Assembly (NCBI GenBank): GCA_038324445.1
Contig: JBBQHZ010000003.1
Span: 2,106 to 66,105, forward strand
Length of the DNA: 64,000 nt
Direction of reading: 5' to 3'
DNA from: Rhodobacterales bacterium
Lineage (GTDB): Bacteria; Pseudomonadota; Alphaproteobacteria; Rhodobacterales; Rhodobacteraceae
The position numbers were made by a program, and so were the translations under genes. The notes under the pieces were generated by a model. That model was not told where the DNA came from. It was given only the letters and a program-made list of their open reading frames with translations, and made no database searches. How positions within the stretch are numbered: the first letter of the stretch is position 1; the number at the start of each line of letters is the position of its first letter. This document shows, in pieces, positions 26,909-36,235 of the stretch.

Positions 26909-28636
26909 GTGAACCATCAAGAACCGGTGCAACCGCAACAGGCCGAACTGACCAGCCACGAGTTGTCGCGGATCGTGGATTTTCTGCGCCGCCTCCGGGA
27001 CCCCTTTGACGCCCGGATGCCCGGCGCAAAACCGGATGTGTTCTTCAACATCCTCCTCGAGTTGATCGATGCGCGGCTGCACCTGAACCCGATCGACAAA
27101 TCTGGCCTGATCACGCTGGCCAAAGTGCCCTACAGCACCGGCAACCGGATGATCACCAAGATGATCGAGGATGGTCAGATCCAGCAGGTTCCGCGCGGCA
27201 AGGGGCTAAAGACCCACTTTCTGGAGCCGACCGAGGCGACGCTGAGTGCCTTCATGGCCTATGCGGGCCATGTGAAGGGCCACATGGCCAAGACCTTCGG
27301 CCTTCGCAAGGGCAGCGAGACCAACGAGTATTACTTCGGCGGCAGCTACTTCGCCTCGCAGATCATCTCGCCCATCCGGGGCGAGGATATCGCCGAGATG
27401 GGACTGGGCGATATCAAGTTCCTGCTCAACGATGACAATTACTTCATCGCGATGCGGAACATGTGGGCCGATTTCCGCAACGATTTCGGCCGTCGCAGCA
27501 GTTTTGATCTGCACCAGTTGCCCGACCTCTACGCCAAGGCCCGCAAGACCTTTGCTGGGGATGCGCCCCTATATGACGTTGTTGCCATCAACTTTCCCTG
27601 GCTGGGCGAATTCGCAGAACGCGGCGATCTGGCCCCCCTCGACGCGCTGATGACAGATGCCGCGATCAATCCGCTGGATTTCCATCCCTCAGTCTGGGGC
27701 ACGGGCAACTGGAAGGGCACGCAATACGGCATCCCGCTCTATTGCACGATCGAGATCCTCGCCGCGCGGCAAGACCTGTTCGAGGCCGCGGACATCGCCT
27801 ATCCCAAGACCTTCGACGAAACCATCGCCGCCGCCCGCGCCTTCCACGATCCGGCCAAGGAATTTTACGGCATCGCCTGGAACGGCCAGCGCGGCATGCC
27901 GATTGCCAATTCGTTCATGTTCTTTCTGGCTGCCTGCCGCCAGACTGTCATCGACATGCCCCTGCGCAATCAGGAAAGCTGGAGCTTCGACACCTTCGAG
28001 ACTCTCAAGCTGCGGATCAATACCGAGGATGCGCTGGAGGTGATCGACTACATGAAGCAACTGGCCGAGGTGGCCCCGCCCGACATCTCAACCATGGATT
28101 GGGAACGGCGCATCCACTACTTCATGTCCGGTCAGGTCTCGATGACCTATTGCTGGACCATGCGCGCGGCGAGGTTCGAGCATGAACTGAGCTCGCGCGT
28201 TGCCCGGCGCGTCGCCTATCTGCCGCCGCCGTCCCGCAGGATCCGGCGCGTTTCTGCCCCGGTGGGGGGCTTCTTGCTGACCATCCCGTCCTGTGTCGAT
28301 CCGGCGCGCCAGAAGCAGATCATCAACGCCATCGCGTGGATGGTGTCGCCCGAGGCGATGAAGGCGCATGTGAAGAACGGCTTCCCGGTCGCACCCCGCT
28401 TTTCGGTCTGCGCCGACCCCGAGGCTTTGGCCTCTTCGCCGATCGTCAGCATGGTCGACAGGATGGCGCGCAAGAACGAGTTGGTGACATGGGCCCGCCC
28501 CCCTGTGCCGCACTTCAACCTGATCGAACGGACGCTGGGCATCGAGATTCACGAGGCCGTCTTCAACGGCAAACCCGCGCAGCAGGCGCTTGTGGACGCC
28601 GAAAACAGCATACTTAGCCAAGTTCGATCCGGTTGA
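26909..28636 (+). CDS. N-terminal winged-helix domain fused to a family-1 (CUT1) solute-binding domain; probable cytoplasmic one-component regulator
   Basis: No signal peptide; KVPYSTGNRMITKMIEDGQIQQVP helix/wing pattern; C-terminal YDVVAINFPWLGEFA, QYGIPLY, FYGIAW SBP motifs. Confidence 0.75.
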   Translation: MNHQEPVQPQQAELTSHELSRIVDFLRRLRDPFDARMPGAKPDVFFNILLELIDARLHLNPIDKSGLITLAKVPYSTGNRMITKMIEDGQIQQVPRGKGLKTHFLEPTEATLSAFMAYAGHVKGHMAKTFGLRKGSETNEYYFGGSYFASQIISPIRGEDIAEMGLGDIKFLLNDDNYFIAMRNMWADFRNDFGRRSSFDLHQLPDLYAKARKTFAGDAPLYDVVAINFPWLGEFAERGDLAPLDALMTDAAINPLDFHPSVWGTGNWKGTQYGIPLYCTIEILAARQDLFEAADIAYPKTFDETIAAARAFHDPAKEFYGIAWNGQRGMPIANSFMFFLAACRQTVIDMPLRNQESWSFDTFETLKLRINTEDALEVIDYMKQLAEVAPPDISTMDWERRIHYFMSGQVSMTYCWTMRAARFEHELSSRVARRVAYLPPPSRRIRRVSAPVGGFLLTIPSCVDPARQKQIINAIAWMVSPEAMKAHVKNGFPVAPRFSVCADPEALASSPIVSMVDRMARKNELVTWARPPVPHFNLIERTLGIEIHEAVFNGKPAQQALVDAENSILSQVRSG

Positions 28637-28696
28637 AACGGCGGGCGACGGCGTCGGCACCGGGGAAAGATGCTTTCGGATCACGCCAGCGGCGCG

Positions 28697-29740
28697 TCAG
28701 GCCGCCGTCCAGTCCAGAACCACCTTTCCGGATTTTCCCGACAGCATCGCCTCGAACCCGGTCTTGAAATCCTGCACGCCAAACCGATGGGTGATCACCT
28801 TGCGCACGTCCAGGCCATTTTCCAGCATCGCGATCATCTTGTACCAGGTCTCGAAGATCTCTCGACCATAGATGCCCTTGAGGGTGATCGCCTTGAACAC
28901 GATGCGCGACCAATCCACCGGGCTTTTGCCGGGCGGAATGCCCAGAAGCGCGATCTTGCCGCCCATCACAAGGCAGTCGACCATCTGGTCCAGCGCCTGC
29001 TGATTGCCCGACATCTCCAGCCCGACATCGAAGCCCTGCTTCATCTTCAGGGCGGTGATGACATCGCGCAACTCTTCCTGCGCCACGTTCACCGGCCTGC
29101 AATCCACCACGCGGGCGGCGAGCGCCAGACGGTCGGCATTGACGTCCGTGATCACCACGTTGCGCGCGCCGACATGTCGGGCAACCGCAGCGGCCATGAT
29201 CCCGATAGGTCCGGCGCCGGTGATCAGCACATCCTCTCCGATCAGATCGAAGGACAGGGCCGTGTGGACGGCATTGCCGAGCGGATCGAGGATGGCGCCG
29301 ATTTCGTCGTCGATCGCATCCGGCAGCGGGATGACGTTGAACGCGGGCAGGCGCAGATATTGCGCGAAGGCGCCCTGTTCATTCACCCCGATTCCGCGTG
29401 TGCCCGGATCAAGGTGAAATTTACCTGCCCGGCTTTGCCGGCTGACATGCCCGATCAGATGCCCCTCGCCCGAACATCTCTGCCCCACGCTCAGATCCCG
29501 GACATTGCGACCAAGCTCGACGATCTCACCGGCGAATTCATGGCCCGTGATCATCGGGACCGGCACCGTGTGCGCGGCCCATGCGTCCCAGTTCCAGATA
29601 TGAATATCCGTGCCGCAGATCCCGGTCTTGTTGACGCGGATCAGCACGTCGTCGGGGCCGATCTCGGGCACCGGGGCGGTGACCATCCAGAGGCCCGGCT
29701 CCGGCTTCGACTTTTCCAGCGCGGTCATCATGTTGGTCAT
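28697..29740 (-). CDS. tdh: L-threonine 3-dehydrogenase
   Basis: [34 protein letters not shown]. Confidence 0.95.
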   Translation of the reverse strand: MTNMMTALEKSKPEPGLWMVTAPVPEIGPDDVLIRVNKTGICGTDIHIWNWDAWAAHTVPVPMITGHEFAGEIVELGRNVRDLSVGQRCSGEGHLIGHVSRQSRAGKFHLDPGTRGIGVNEQGAFAQYLRLPAFNVIPLPDAIDDEIGAILDPLGNAVHTALSFDLIGEDVLITGAGPIGIMAAAVARHVGARNVVITDVNADRLALAARVVDCRPVNVAQEELRDVITALKMKQGFDVGLEMSGNQQALDQMVDCLVMGGKIALLGIPPGKSPVDWSRIVFKAITLKGIYGREIFETWYKMIAMLENGLDVRKVITHRFGVQDFKTGFEAMLSGKSGKVVLDWTAA

Positions 29741-30924
29741 TGCAGCACTCCCGTTTCGCGTCCGGCCTGTTCAAAAGCGGCGATCGCTGTGTCAAGATCG
29801 GCCCGCGTCAGGGCGGCGTTCATCTGGGTGCGGATGCGCGCCTGGCCTTGGGGAACTACCGGGAACACGAAGCCTTTCACGTAGATGCCAAGGTCCAGCA
29901 AGCGGCGCGCCATATCCTGCGCGCGACCCGCGTCATGGATCATCACGGGGATGATCGCATGCTCGCCCGGTGGCAGCGTGAAGCCAAGCCGCGCCAGACC
30001 CGCGCGCCAGTGCGCGGCATTATCGGTGAGGCGCGCGCGCAGGGTGTCGCCCTGTTCGGCCAGATCAATCGCCACAAGAGATGCCGCCGCCACCGCAGGC
30101 GGGAGAGAGTTGGAGAAGAGGTAGGGCCGAGCCCGCTGGCGAAGCAGGTCCACCACCAGTTTGGGTCCGGCGATATACCCACCGATCCCGCCGCCGAGGG
30201 CCTTGCCCAAGGTGCCGGTCATCACATCGGCCCGAACCCCCGCATGGGCGGGCGTGCCTGCCCCTTTGGGTCCTACAAACCCCGTCGCGTGGCAATCATC
30301 GACCATCACCAGGGCGTCATAGCGATCCGCCAGCGCCCGGATATCGCGCAGGTTCGCCAGCGTGCCGTCCATCGAGAAGACGCCATCGGTGGCGATCATG
30401 ATATGCCGCGCGCCGCCCTCTCGCGCCTCCTTCAGCGCGGCCTCCAGCGCGTTCATGTCCGAATTCGGAAACCGGAACCGACGCGCCTTGCACAGGCGGA
30501 TGCCGTCGATGATCGAGGCATGGTTGAGCGCGTCGGAGATAACCGCATCCTCCGGCCCCAACAGGGGTTCGAACAGGGCGCCGTTGGCATCGAAACACGC
30601 GGCAAAAAGGATGGCATCATCGTGGCCCAAATAGCGCGCGATCCGCGCCTCCAGCGCGCGGTGCAGGTCCTGCGTCCCGCAGATGAACCGCACCGAAGCC
30701 ATGCCGTATCCGTGGCTGTCCATCGCCGCTTTTGCGGCCGCGATGATGGCGGGATGATCGGCCAGCCCCAGGTAATTGTTGGCGCAGAGGTTCAACACCT
30801 GCGACCCGTTCTCCAGACGCATATGGGCAGATTGCGGCGATACGATCACCTCTTCCACCTTCCAGAGGTTCGCAGCCTCGATTTCCTCCAGGCGGGCGCG
30901 GATATCGTCCAGAAACAGCGTCAT
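29737..30924 (-). CDS. kbl: 2-amino-3-ketobutyrate CoA ligase (glycine C-acetyltransferase)
   Basis: [36 protein letters not shown]. Confidence 0.95.
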   Translation of the reverse strand: MTLFLDDIRARLEEIEAANLWKVEEVIVSPQSAHMRLENGSQVLNLCANNYLGLADHPAIIAAAKAAMDSHGYGMASVRFICGTQDLHRALEARIARYLGHDDAILFAACFDANGALFEPLLGPEDAVISDALNHASIIDGIRLCKARRFRFPNSDMNALEAALKEAREGGARHIMIATDGVFSMDGTLANLRDIRALADRYDALVMVDDCHATGFVGPKGAGTPAHAGVRADVMTGTLGKALGGGIGGYIAGPKLVVDLLRQRARPYLFSNSLPPAVAAASLVAIDLAEQGDTLRARLTDNAAHWRAGLARLGFTLPPGEHAIIPVMIHDAGRAQDMARRLLDLGIYVKGFVFPVVPQGQARIRTQMNAALTRADLDTAIAAFEQAGRETGVLQ

Positions 30925-31178
30925 GGGTGTCCTCAATTCTTGTGTCTGGCCGGAAGGGTCGGCGCAGGGTGTCCTGCCCCGATCCCGTCAGACCTTTGCA
31001 ATGGCCTGGATCATGGTGACGATCCTATCAGCGTCTCTCACAACGACAGCTTCTTTCTTGCCGATGCGCAAGGGTCGGGGCGAAAGTGGTCCCTGCATCG
31101 GGAAGGGTCACCCCGCCCCAAAGTTGCGCAGTCGCAAACTGGTTGATTGCGACAGGAATGCTCGGTAGAGGCCGAAAC

Positions 31179-31541
31179 ATGTCCTCCCGCCCCGATAGCG
31201 CCGCCCCGACCGACGTCGTCTTGACGCTTTGCCGCCAATGCGACCCGACGCGTTTTCACGGTCAGGCATCTGCATTGCGCGAGGCCTGCCTTGCCGCCGG
31301 GTTAAGCGTGGTGATCCGAGGGCAGGACTGCCTGAATTGCTGCGACAAGCCACAGGCGCTGGCGATCCACAGCGATGGCGGGGCGGTCTGCGTGTTTCAC
31401 GGCGTGGATGCAACGACGGACCTCGGCGATATCGTGAAAACGATCAGCGCCTATCTCAACGCCGATCGCGGCTGGATCGAGGATGCGATGGCCTGTGGCA
31501 GGCTTCGCACCTGCCTGCGAGCGCGCATCGCGGCGCTTTAG
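31179..31541 (+). CDS. DUF1636-like Cys-rich metal-binding protein
   Basis: CRQC ... CLNCCDKP; start MSSRPD. Confidence 0.7.
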   Translation: MSSRPDSAAPTDVVLTLCRQCDPTRFHGQASALREACLAAGLSVVIRGQDCLNCCDKPQALAIHSDGGAVCVFHGVDATTDLGDIVKTISAYLNADRGWIEDAMACGRLRTCLRARIAAL

Positions 31542-32035
31542 TCGACGTTGACCACGACCTCCTGCCCGACTGGCGCACCGTCCACGGCAATCGGGCGATG
31601 ATCGTTGGAATAGAGCGCGGCGCGAACCGTGACCTCGCCCTGCGGCAAAGTCTCGAGGTGGATCCAATCGCCGTAAGCGCGCATGACCTTGACGCCATTG
31701 ACGTAGATATGCGCGTGGCCCTCGCCCGAGGCATCGGGGGCGCCGGCATTTTCAGGGGCGAAGCGGAAGTTGACCAGCTCCATATGAATGTTCCAGCCGG
31801 TCACGGGGTCCGGCATGACCGACAGGCTCAGGGCAGGCACATCGGCACCGGCAGGATATGCCACAGGCTCGGAGGTTGCATAGGCGGCGTCATGGCCGCC
31901 TGCGCCGTGCTGCGCAGGATTGGCGTGGTCGTGCGTGTGGCCGTCCAGCGTTACGCCGTTTGCCGCCGCAACGAAAAAGCCGATGCCGCCGCCGAATACC
32001 AATCCGATAAGCAGCAGGGGGATAGATCTATCCAT
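31538..32035 (-). CDS. Membrane-anchored His-rich hypothetical protein downstream of cbtA
   Basis: N-terminal TM helix, GHTHDH..QH..GH linker, GEGHAH and NDH motifs. Confidence 0.75.
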   Translation of the reverse strand: MDRSIPLLLIGLVFGGGIGFFVAAANGVTLDGHTHDHANPAQHGAGGHDAAYATSEPVAYPAGADVPALSLSVMPDPVTGWNIHMELVNFRFAPENAGAPDASGEGHAHIYVNGVKVMRAYGDWIHLETLPQGEVTVRAALYSNDHRPIAVDGAPVGQEVVVNVD

Positions 32036-32104
32036 GTCGGAGGTATCCTTGCTTGTACCTTGATTTCACGCAGGCCGGCACCGGCCTGACATTTGCCCGA
32101 TCGC

Positions 32105-32806
32105 TCAGGCGGTGCGCGAGGCCGTCTCGGGTTCGCCCTGGAGGTTCCAGAAATATCCGGCGAAACACCCGAGCAGAACCCACGCCGCCATGCCAACACC
32201 AAAGGCGCGCGCCGCGAAGAGCGCCCCAAGTTCGGTCGGCACCGGCCCGGTGAACGCCTCGGGTTGGGGCGCACCGATGACATGGGGGGCCAGCAACAGC
32301 AGGGCCGCGACGCCCCATGCGATCCAGCTGCCGCCAAAGGCGACCAGCCACAGACCCAGCGCCGCCGTGGCAACGGTGGCAACCCACCAGATCTGCCGCG
32401 AAACAAGATCAGCCGCCGCAACCCCAGGCACCTCGGGGGCCAAAGACAGGCCCGGTGCGAAGTGGAACGCGACAAAACCCGCAAGGCCCCAAAGGATCCC
32501 CATGCGTCCCGAAATCACCGCCCCCCGGTTTTCGGCCAGAGACATCAGGGCGACAAGCAGCAGCGCGTAACCGGTATAGGTGAGCATGGTGAACAGGATG
32601 CTCAACCCGTCCCGCATTACATCGATGCCACCGACATCTTGAGCGGCGGGAACAGAGGAGGCATTGCCAAAATGGACAAGAACGCCGGACTCATAGAGCT
32701 CGGCATGGAGCAACACGGGTTGCACGAATGCAAGCTGCAACAGGGCGGCAATCAGCCCCGCAGCTGCCCCAGCGAATACCGCGCTGGTCAGAAGTCGGGT
32801 GAACAT
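32105..32806 (-). CDS. cbtA: Cobalt transporter CbtA
   Basis: AELYESG, APELPG-like APEVPG, RQIWW, APHVIGAP. Confidence 0.9.
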   Translation of the reverse strand: MFTRLLTSAVFAGAAAGLIAALLQLAFVQPVLLHAELYESGVLVHFGNASSVPAAQDVGGIDVMRDGLSILFTMLTYTGYALLLVALMSLAENRGAVISGRMGILWGLAGFVAFHFAPGLSLAPEVPGVAAADLVSRQIWWVATVATAALGLWLVAFGGSWIAWGVAALLLLAPHVIGAPQPEAFTGPVPTELGALFAARAFGVGMAAWVLLGCFAGYFWNLQGEPETASRTA

Positions 32807-32809
32807 GGC

Positions 32810-32992
32810 TTAGTGGCAGGGAAAGCCAGTGGCGTGGCGCACGTCGTGGGCGGCGTCATGCAGGGCTGCTGCCTGAACATGGCCGGTGACTGCGATGATG
32901 CCAAATCCCAGCACCGCGGCGAAGATCGTGGCGATCATCGGGGTGGTGGAGGTGGTGGCCGACTTCGTAGTCGCATGCGTAAGGGTCGTCAT
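32810..32992 (-). CDS. cbtB: Cobalt transporter CbtB
   Basis: Single TM then HDAAHDVRHATGFPCH. Confidence 0.92.
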   Translation of the reverse strand: MTTLTHATTKSATTSTTPMIATIFAAVLGFGIIAVTGHVQAAALHDAAHDVRHATGFPCH

Positions 32993-33045
32993 GGGTCGTC
33001 TCCTTTTGCTGTCTCACCCGACAGCATCGGCGGGTTTCTGTCTCA

Positions 33046-33235
33046 GGCAGGTCTCCTGGCTCGTGGATCGACACTGTCCGCCTCCTTCCCCATGCCCTGG
33101 CATGAGTGGATATTGACGGCAGCTTCCCACTTACAGTCGCGGGGGCGGCTTCGGCTTTTGTCCCCTGCACGTCAGGGCACGCTACCGAATTCCCATTTTA
33201 AGCCTGGCCTGCTTGCGCGGACGTCGGCACCTGCA
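33046..33235 (-). ncRNA. Cobalamin riboswitch upstream of cbtB
   Basis: GGTGC..AAATGGGAATTCGGT..GCCCCCGCGACTGTAAG..CCACT..GGGAAGG..GAGCCAGGAGACCTGCC; hairpin next to the cbtB SD. Confidence 0.95.
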
Positions 33236-33335
33236 GCGAACCTAACAGCTTTTTGACAGCGCCAGATAGCCCCAAAAGCGACGCTGGCGGTCAAAATGCG
33301 TCCGCCGACGGAGGCAGGGCTCCCGAAGGCGCTGC

Positions 33336-34085
33336 TCAGGCGGCGAACGCCGCCAAGGCAAGCCATCCCGCAACATCCGCCGATAGCTGGGCGGCACCCA
33401 GAACATCGCCAGTCTGGCCGCCGATCTTGCGCTGCGCAAGGAGGGCGACAACCAGTGCCGCGATTGCCATCGCCGCGACCGCGACCACCGCCTGCAAACC
33501 GAGGAGCGGCGCGAGGGCCACCAGCGCGATGGCCCCCGGCAAGACGCTGTTCCACGCGCCGCCCGCCGCCAAAGATCCCATTCCGTCCGGTCTGGCAGGC
33601 GGCATCCAGTCGATCAAGACAACCATGGCAAGGCGGCTGCCGATGGCAATGAAGGTGAACGCCACCAGGGGCGCGCCGCCGTCAAATCCCAGCAGGCTTG
33701 CCATCTGCAAGGCAATCGCGAAGATCAGGGCCAGCACACCATAACTGCCGATGCGGCTGTCGCGCATGATCTCCAGCCTGCGCGCCCGATCACGCCCACC
33801 GCCAATGCCATCGGCAAAATCCGCCAACCCGTCATGGTGCAGCGCGCCGGTGGCCAGCACCATCGCGCCCAAGGCCAAAATCGCCGCCGCCAACGGTGGC
33901 AGACCCATCGACGCGCCGCCTGCCTGAACGCCCCAGCCGATGATCGCCACGGGAATGCCGACAAGTGGAAACGCCCACCGCGCCTGCGCAAGGCTTGGCG
34001 CGGGGTCGTCCAACTGCCCGGCAGGCAGGCGCGTCAGCAGCATCAGGGCCAGCCGCGCCTCGTCAAGGAGGCGGCGCGGTGTCAT
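33336..34085 (-). CDS. cobS: Adenosylcobinamide-GDP ribazoletransferase
   Basis: TGALHHDGLADFADG, IMRDSRIGSYG, GQTGDVLGA (CobV in P. denitrificans naming). Confidence 0.95.
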   Translation of the reverse strand: MTPRRLLDEARLALMLLTRLPAGQLDDPAPSLAQARWAFPLVGIPVAIIGWGVQAGGASMGLPPLAAAILALGAMVLATGALHHDGLADFADGIGGGRDRARRLEIMRDSRIGSYGVLALIFAIALQMASLLGFDGGAPLVAFTFIAIGSRLAMVVLIDWMPPARPDGMGSLAAGGAWNSVLPGAIALVALAPLLGLQAVVAVAAMAIAALVVALLAQRKIGGQTGDVLGAAQLSADVAGWLALAAFAA

Positions 34086-35098
34086 CCGCCCGAAACGCCC
34101 GCTTCCGCGAACGTCGACATGCCGTTGTGGCAGGCCAAGGCCGCGCGCACGACCATGAGCGCAAGGGCCGCGCCCGAGCCTTCGCCCAGCGCCATGCCGA
34201 AGGACAGAACCGGCTCCTTGCCCATCGCCTTGCACAAAAGTGCGTGGCCCGGCTCGGCGCTGGCATGACCGATCAGACAATGCGCCAACAGGGCCGGGTC
34301 TGCGGCGAAAAGCGGGGCCGTGGCCGCCGAGCAGATGAACCCGTCCAGCAGCACCGGGATGCCCGCATGGCGCGCAGCCAAAACCGCGCCGCAGATCGCT
34401 GCCTGCTCTCGCCCGCCCAAAGCGGCCAGCTTGCCCATGGGCGACAGCGCGCCGTGACGCGCCGCCCCTGCCGCGACCACCCGCGCTTTCAGCGCAATCC
34501 CTGCCGGGTCCGACCCGGTGCCGCGCCCGACCCATTGATCCGCTGTTCCCCCGAAAGCGCCATGGGCCAGCGCCGCCGCAACCGTCGAATTGCCGATCCC
34601 CATTTCGCCGAGGATCAGGATATCCGCGTCTGGATCAACCGCTGCCGCCCCTTGGTTGAGCGCCTCGAGGCACTCTGCCTCGCTCATCGCGGGGCCAAAG
34701 GTGAAGTCCTGTGTCGGGCGATCCAACTCCAGCGCTATCACCGTCAAGTCGGCCTGCGCCATGGCGCAAAGCTGGTTGATCGCCGCCCCGCCCGCGCGGA
34801 AGTTGGCGACCATCTGCGCCGTCACCTCTTGCGGGAACGGATTCACGCCCTGCGCGCAGATGCCATGGTTGCCCGCAAAGACCAGCGCCTGCGCCTTGGT
34901 GATCGCCGGGTGCGCCGTCTTGCGCCATCCGGCCATGAAACACGCGATCTCCTCCAGCCGTCCAAGCGATCCCGGTGGCTTGGTCAGCTGCGCCTGCCGA
35001 TCCCGCGCCGCTTGCGCCGCGCCGTCATCGAAAGCGGGCAGGGTCGCGGCCATGTCCGCGATTGCGTCAAGGGAATTGAGGATCAGAGCAGATTTCAT
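34082..35098 (-). CDS. cobT: Nicotinate-nucleotide-dimethylbenzimidazole phosphoribosyltransferase
   Basis: TKPPGSLGRLE, GEMGIGNST, GEGSGA (CobU in P. denitrificans naming). Confidence 0.95.
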   Translation of the reverse strand: MKSALILNSLDAIADMAATLPAFDDGAAQAARDRQAQLTKPPGSLGRLEEIACFMAGWRKTAHPAITKAQALVFAGNHGICAQGVNPFPQEVTAQMVANFRAGGAAINQLCAMAQADLTVIALELDRPTQDFTFGPAMSEAECLEALNQGAAAVDPDADILILGEMGIGNSTVAAALAHGAFGGTADQWVGRGTGSDPAGIALKARVVAAGAARHGALSPMGKLAALGGREQAAICGAVLAARHAGIPVLLDGFICSAATAPLFAADPALLAHCLIGHASAEPGHALLCKAMGKEPVLSFGMALGEGSGAALALMVVRAALACHNGMSTFAEAGVSGG

Positions 35099-35607
35099 TG
35101 AGGTTTGACCTTGATCGGATAGCCCGCGACACACAGGAAAACCTCGTCGCAAGCCAGCGCCACACGTTGATTGAGAAGGCCCGCCGCGTCACGGAAGTCG
35201 CGGGCCAGCTTGTTTTCGGGGACGATCCCTGCGCCGACCTCGTTGGTGACGAACACGACCGGCGCGGTCAGAGTGGGCAAGGCCTCGACCAGTGCATCGG
35301 TTGCGGCGGCCCAATCGTGACCGCCCAGCATCAGGTTGGACAGCCACAGGGTCAGGCAATCGACAAGGCGCGGTGTGCCTCCATCGGTGCTGACAAGGGC
35401 GTGCAACAGCGCCATTGGCTCGGCCACCGTCTGCCACTCTGCTCCGCGCCGGGCGCGGTGTTGCGCGATCCGCGCCTCCATCTCGGCGTCGAAGGCCTGA
35501 GCGGTGGCGATGTAGATCGCAGATGGCCCAAGATCGAGCGTCAGGCGTTCTGCCAGCCCGCTCTTGCCCGAGCGGGCACCTCCGGTAATCAGGATCGACT
35601 TTGCCAT
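35095..35607 (-). CDS. cobU: Adenosylcobinamide kinase/guanylyltransferase
   Basis: GGARSGKS, LVDCLTLW, VTNEVGAG (CobP in P. denitrificans naming). Confidence 0.95.
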   Translation of the reverse strand: MAKSILITGGARSGKSGLAERLTLDLGPSAIYIATAQAFDAEMEARIAQHRARRGAEWQTVAEPMALLHALVSTDGGTPRLVDCLTLWLSNLMLGGHDWAAATDALVEALPTLTAPVVFVTNEVGAGIVPENKLARDFRDAAGLLNQRVALACDEVFLCVAGYPIKVKPQ

Positions 35608-35633
35608 GGCGCCGTGACAAATCAGAAATCCGA

Positions 35634-36233
35634 ATGGGAAGGAAGCTGAAAATGGCCGCCATCGGTCGCGACGAACTGGTGTTGATCCGGCATGCGCCCG
35701 CAGACCATGGCGGGCGGATGTGCGGGCGAACGGACGTGGCGGCGCTGGTGCCCCCGAGCGAGGATCTGGCGGGACTGCGCGCGCGACTTGAAGGATGCGA
35801 CGTCGTCACAAGTCCCGCGCGCCGCTGCCGGGAAACCGCTGCTGCGCTCTTCCCACACCGCCCCTTGCCGCAAGACGACCGCCTGTGGGAGCAGGATTTC
35901 GGCCAACATGAAGGCCTGTCCTTCGCGGAAATTCCCGATCTGGGCCCGCTTGCCTTGCCCGAACTGGCGCAGCATCGCCCGCCCGGCGGCGAAAGTTTCG
36001 CCGACATGGCCGCCCGCGTGACACCGGCGCTGATGGCACTGGCAGAGCGCGTCCGTTCCAACGGCCCGGTGGCTGTGATTGCCCATGCCGGAACCGTCCG
36101 GACGGGGCTTGGACTGGCGCTGGGACAGGCCGCCATGGGGTTGGCATTCGAGGTTGCCCCGCTGTCGATGACCCGGCTCAGGTGCTTTCCGGGCGGCGTG
36201 TCGATCATTTCTACCAATCTCATCGACGCCTGA
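35634..36233 (+). CDS. bluF: Histidine phosphatase, probable alpha-ribazole/adenosylcobalamin phosphatase; start 35634 or 35652
   Basis: LIRHAP, WEQDFG, IAHAG; position ahead of bluE-cobD-cobC. Confidence 0.75.
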   Translation: MGRKLKMAAIGRDELVLIRHAPADHGGRMCGRTDVAALVPPSEDLAGLRARLEGCDVVTSPARRCRETAAALFPHRPLPQDDRLWEQDFGQHEGLSFAEIPDLGPLALPELAQHRPPGGESFADMAARVTPALMALAERVRSNGPVAVIAHAGTVRTGLGLALGQAAMGLAFEVAPLSMTRLRCFPGGVSIISTNLIDA

Positions 36234-36235
36234 GG

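Noticed and set aside
12694-28636. Catabolic cluster as a mobile island
   Set aside because: No integrase, transposase, tRNA or boundary repeats seen, and no obvious composition shift by eye; not computed
30925-31178. kbl upstream region as a glycine riboswitch; three GACCCTT copies; GTCGCAA-N9-TTGCGAC palindrome
   Set aside because: No glycine-riboswitch core visible; short repeats plausible by chance
2234-35098. Link between adenine deaminase/nucleoside hydrolase and cobamide lower-ligand remodelling
   Set aside because: About 30 kb apart, no shared riboswitch or operon; no sequence support
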